Below, piece by piece: positions 63,414 through 64,000 of a DNA stretch of 64,000 bases (the stretch's first letter is position 1; each line of letters begins with the position of its first letter). This DNA is from Elusimicrobiota bacterium (GTDB lineage Bacteria; Elusimicrobiota; JBDRON01): the NCBI GenBank assembly GCA_043810025.1, contig JBDRON010000056.1, positions 19,377 to 83,376 of the forward strand, written 5' to 3'. The notes under the pieces were generated by a model. It was not told the DNA's origin. It did not search any database and worked only from the letters and a program-made list of their open reading frames with translations. The position numbers were made by a program, and so were the translations under genes.

Positions 63414-64000
63414 TTATTCCCTTGTTATCGGTAATTCAATAATAAATTGCGCTCCACCCGACGGATTGTTTTGAGCAAAAATATTACCGCCGTGTTCTTT
63501 GATTATCCCGTAGCTGACACTTAAGCCCAAACCGGTATTTTTTTCTTTGGTGGTGAAAAAAGGATTAAATATTTTTGGCAGAATTTCTTTAGGAATACCT
63601 TCTCCGGTGTCAGAAAATTCAATAATGATCCGTCCTTCCTTGATGCCGGTTTTTACGCTAATCTGTTTGGCCGGCTTATTGCAGGCCGACAGCGCCTGGT
63701 GCGCGTTGTTTAAGAGATTAAAAAAAGCCTGTTGTAGTTTATTTTCGTCAACCATTAGATAGATATCTCGATCATATTGACGGATTAACTCAATATTGGA
63801 CAATTTCAATTCGTATTCTCTTATTTTAAGAACTGTTTCCAGGCATTTGTTGATACTGCACAACCTTTTTTCTGATTTGTAACTGCGGGTAAAAGTGACA
63901 AGGTTTTCAATAATTTTTTTACAACGCAAGGCATTCTCTTTTATTTGCAGCAATATCTTGTCTCGTTCTTCAACGGGGGCTCGTTCGATTATTTGTGAAA
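63414..64000 (-). CDS. sensor histidine kinase, C-terminal part (HATPase_c); 5' end lies beyond the window
   Basis: N-box LLNNAHQAL, G-boxes DTGEGIP, GLGLSVSYGIIKEHGG; frame still open at position 64000. Confidence 0.75.
   Translation of the reverse strand, partial: SQIIERAPVEERDKILLQIKENALRCKKIIENLVTFTRSYKSEKRLCSINKCLETVLKIREYELKLSNIELIRQYDRDIYLMVDENKLQQAFFNLLNNAHQALSACNKPAKQISVKTGIKEGRIIIEFSDTGEGIPKEILPKIFNPFFTTKEKNTGLGLSVSYGIIKEHGGNIFAQNNPSGGAQFIIELPITRE

Noticed and set aside
1-64000. tRNA / rRNA genes
   Set aside because: No cloverleaf-compatible 70-90-nt segments with conserved T-loop/D-loop features and no rRNA-like stretches were seen. Structured intergenic segments are all accounted for by the repeat families and the riboswitch.

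Overview
The window comes from a diderm (LPS-producing) anaerobe, most likely an uncultured lineage; the FCB-like phylum guess is weak and rests only on gene-content hints. Core content, in order: a 5'-partial alpha-2-macroglobulin gene with a CVEQ thioester; an 11-subunit complex I operon nuoABCDHIJKLMN with no nuoEFG; coaX; an outer-membrane/lipid A block bamA-skp-lpxD-lpxC::fabZ fusion-lpxA (frameshifted)-lpxI; a second lipid A block (Gfo/Idh/MocA oxidoreductase-lpxB-msbA) and a later LpxL-like acyltransferase; a cobalamin-riboswitch-controlled B12 salvage/transport operon (cobO-btuF-btuC-btuD-cobC-cobU-cobT-cobS, then btuB); sigma factor/PilZ; several histidine kinases and response regulators; and a group 3c NiFe hydrogenase module hdrA-mvhD-mvhG-mvhA plus maturation protease. 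Two AT-rich accessory islands interrupt this. Island 1 (about 23.3-28.2 kb) holds a HigB/HigA-like toxin-antitoxin pair, two unknown genes, an IS200/IS605 (RAYT-like) Y1 transposase, an SNase/OB-fold nuclease and a small wHTH gene behind a 29-bp perfect inverted repeat. Island 2 (about 32.3-35.2 kb) holds a methyltransferase fragment, a Fic protein and a RelE-like/RHH pair. The most striking feature is the density of at least four families of structured intergenic palindromic repeats (REP/REPIN-like), alongside the solitary RAYT-like transposase. Family A is a triple-hairpin element of roughly 100-130 bp with compensatory stem changes. Family B is a roughly 90-bp palindrome whose arms are tandem heptamers around a conserved AAAAGAATCGATTCTTTT core. 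Family C is a GTAG...CTAC-bounded nested hairpin. Family D is GTTGTAGGGAACGGTCGCGACCGTTCC. The repeats nest into each other, truncate a toxin gene, and contribute coding sequence to gene ends. Other notable points: an in-frame TAG splitting a REC-PAS-HK-REC hybrid kinase, a +1 frameshift in lpxA inside a G5 run, and an internally deleted btuC. No CRISPR array, rRNA or tRNA was found.
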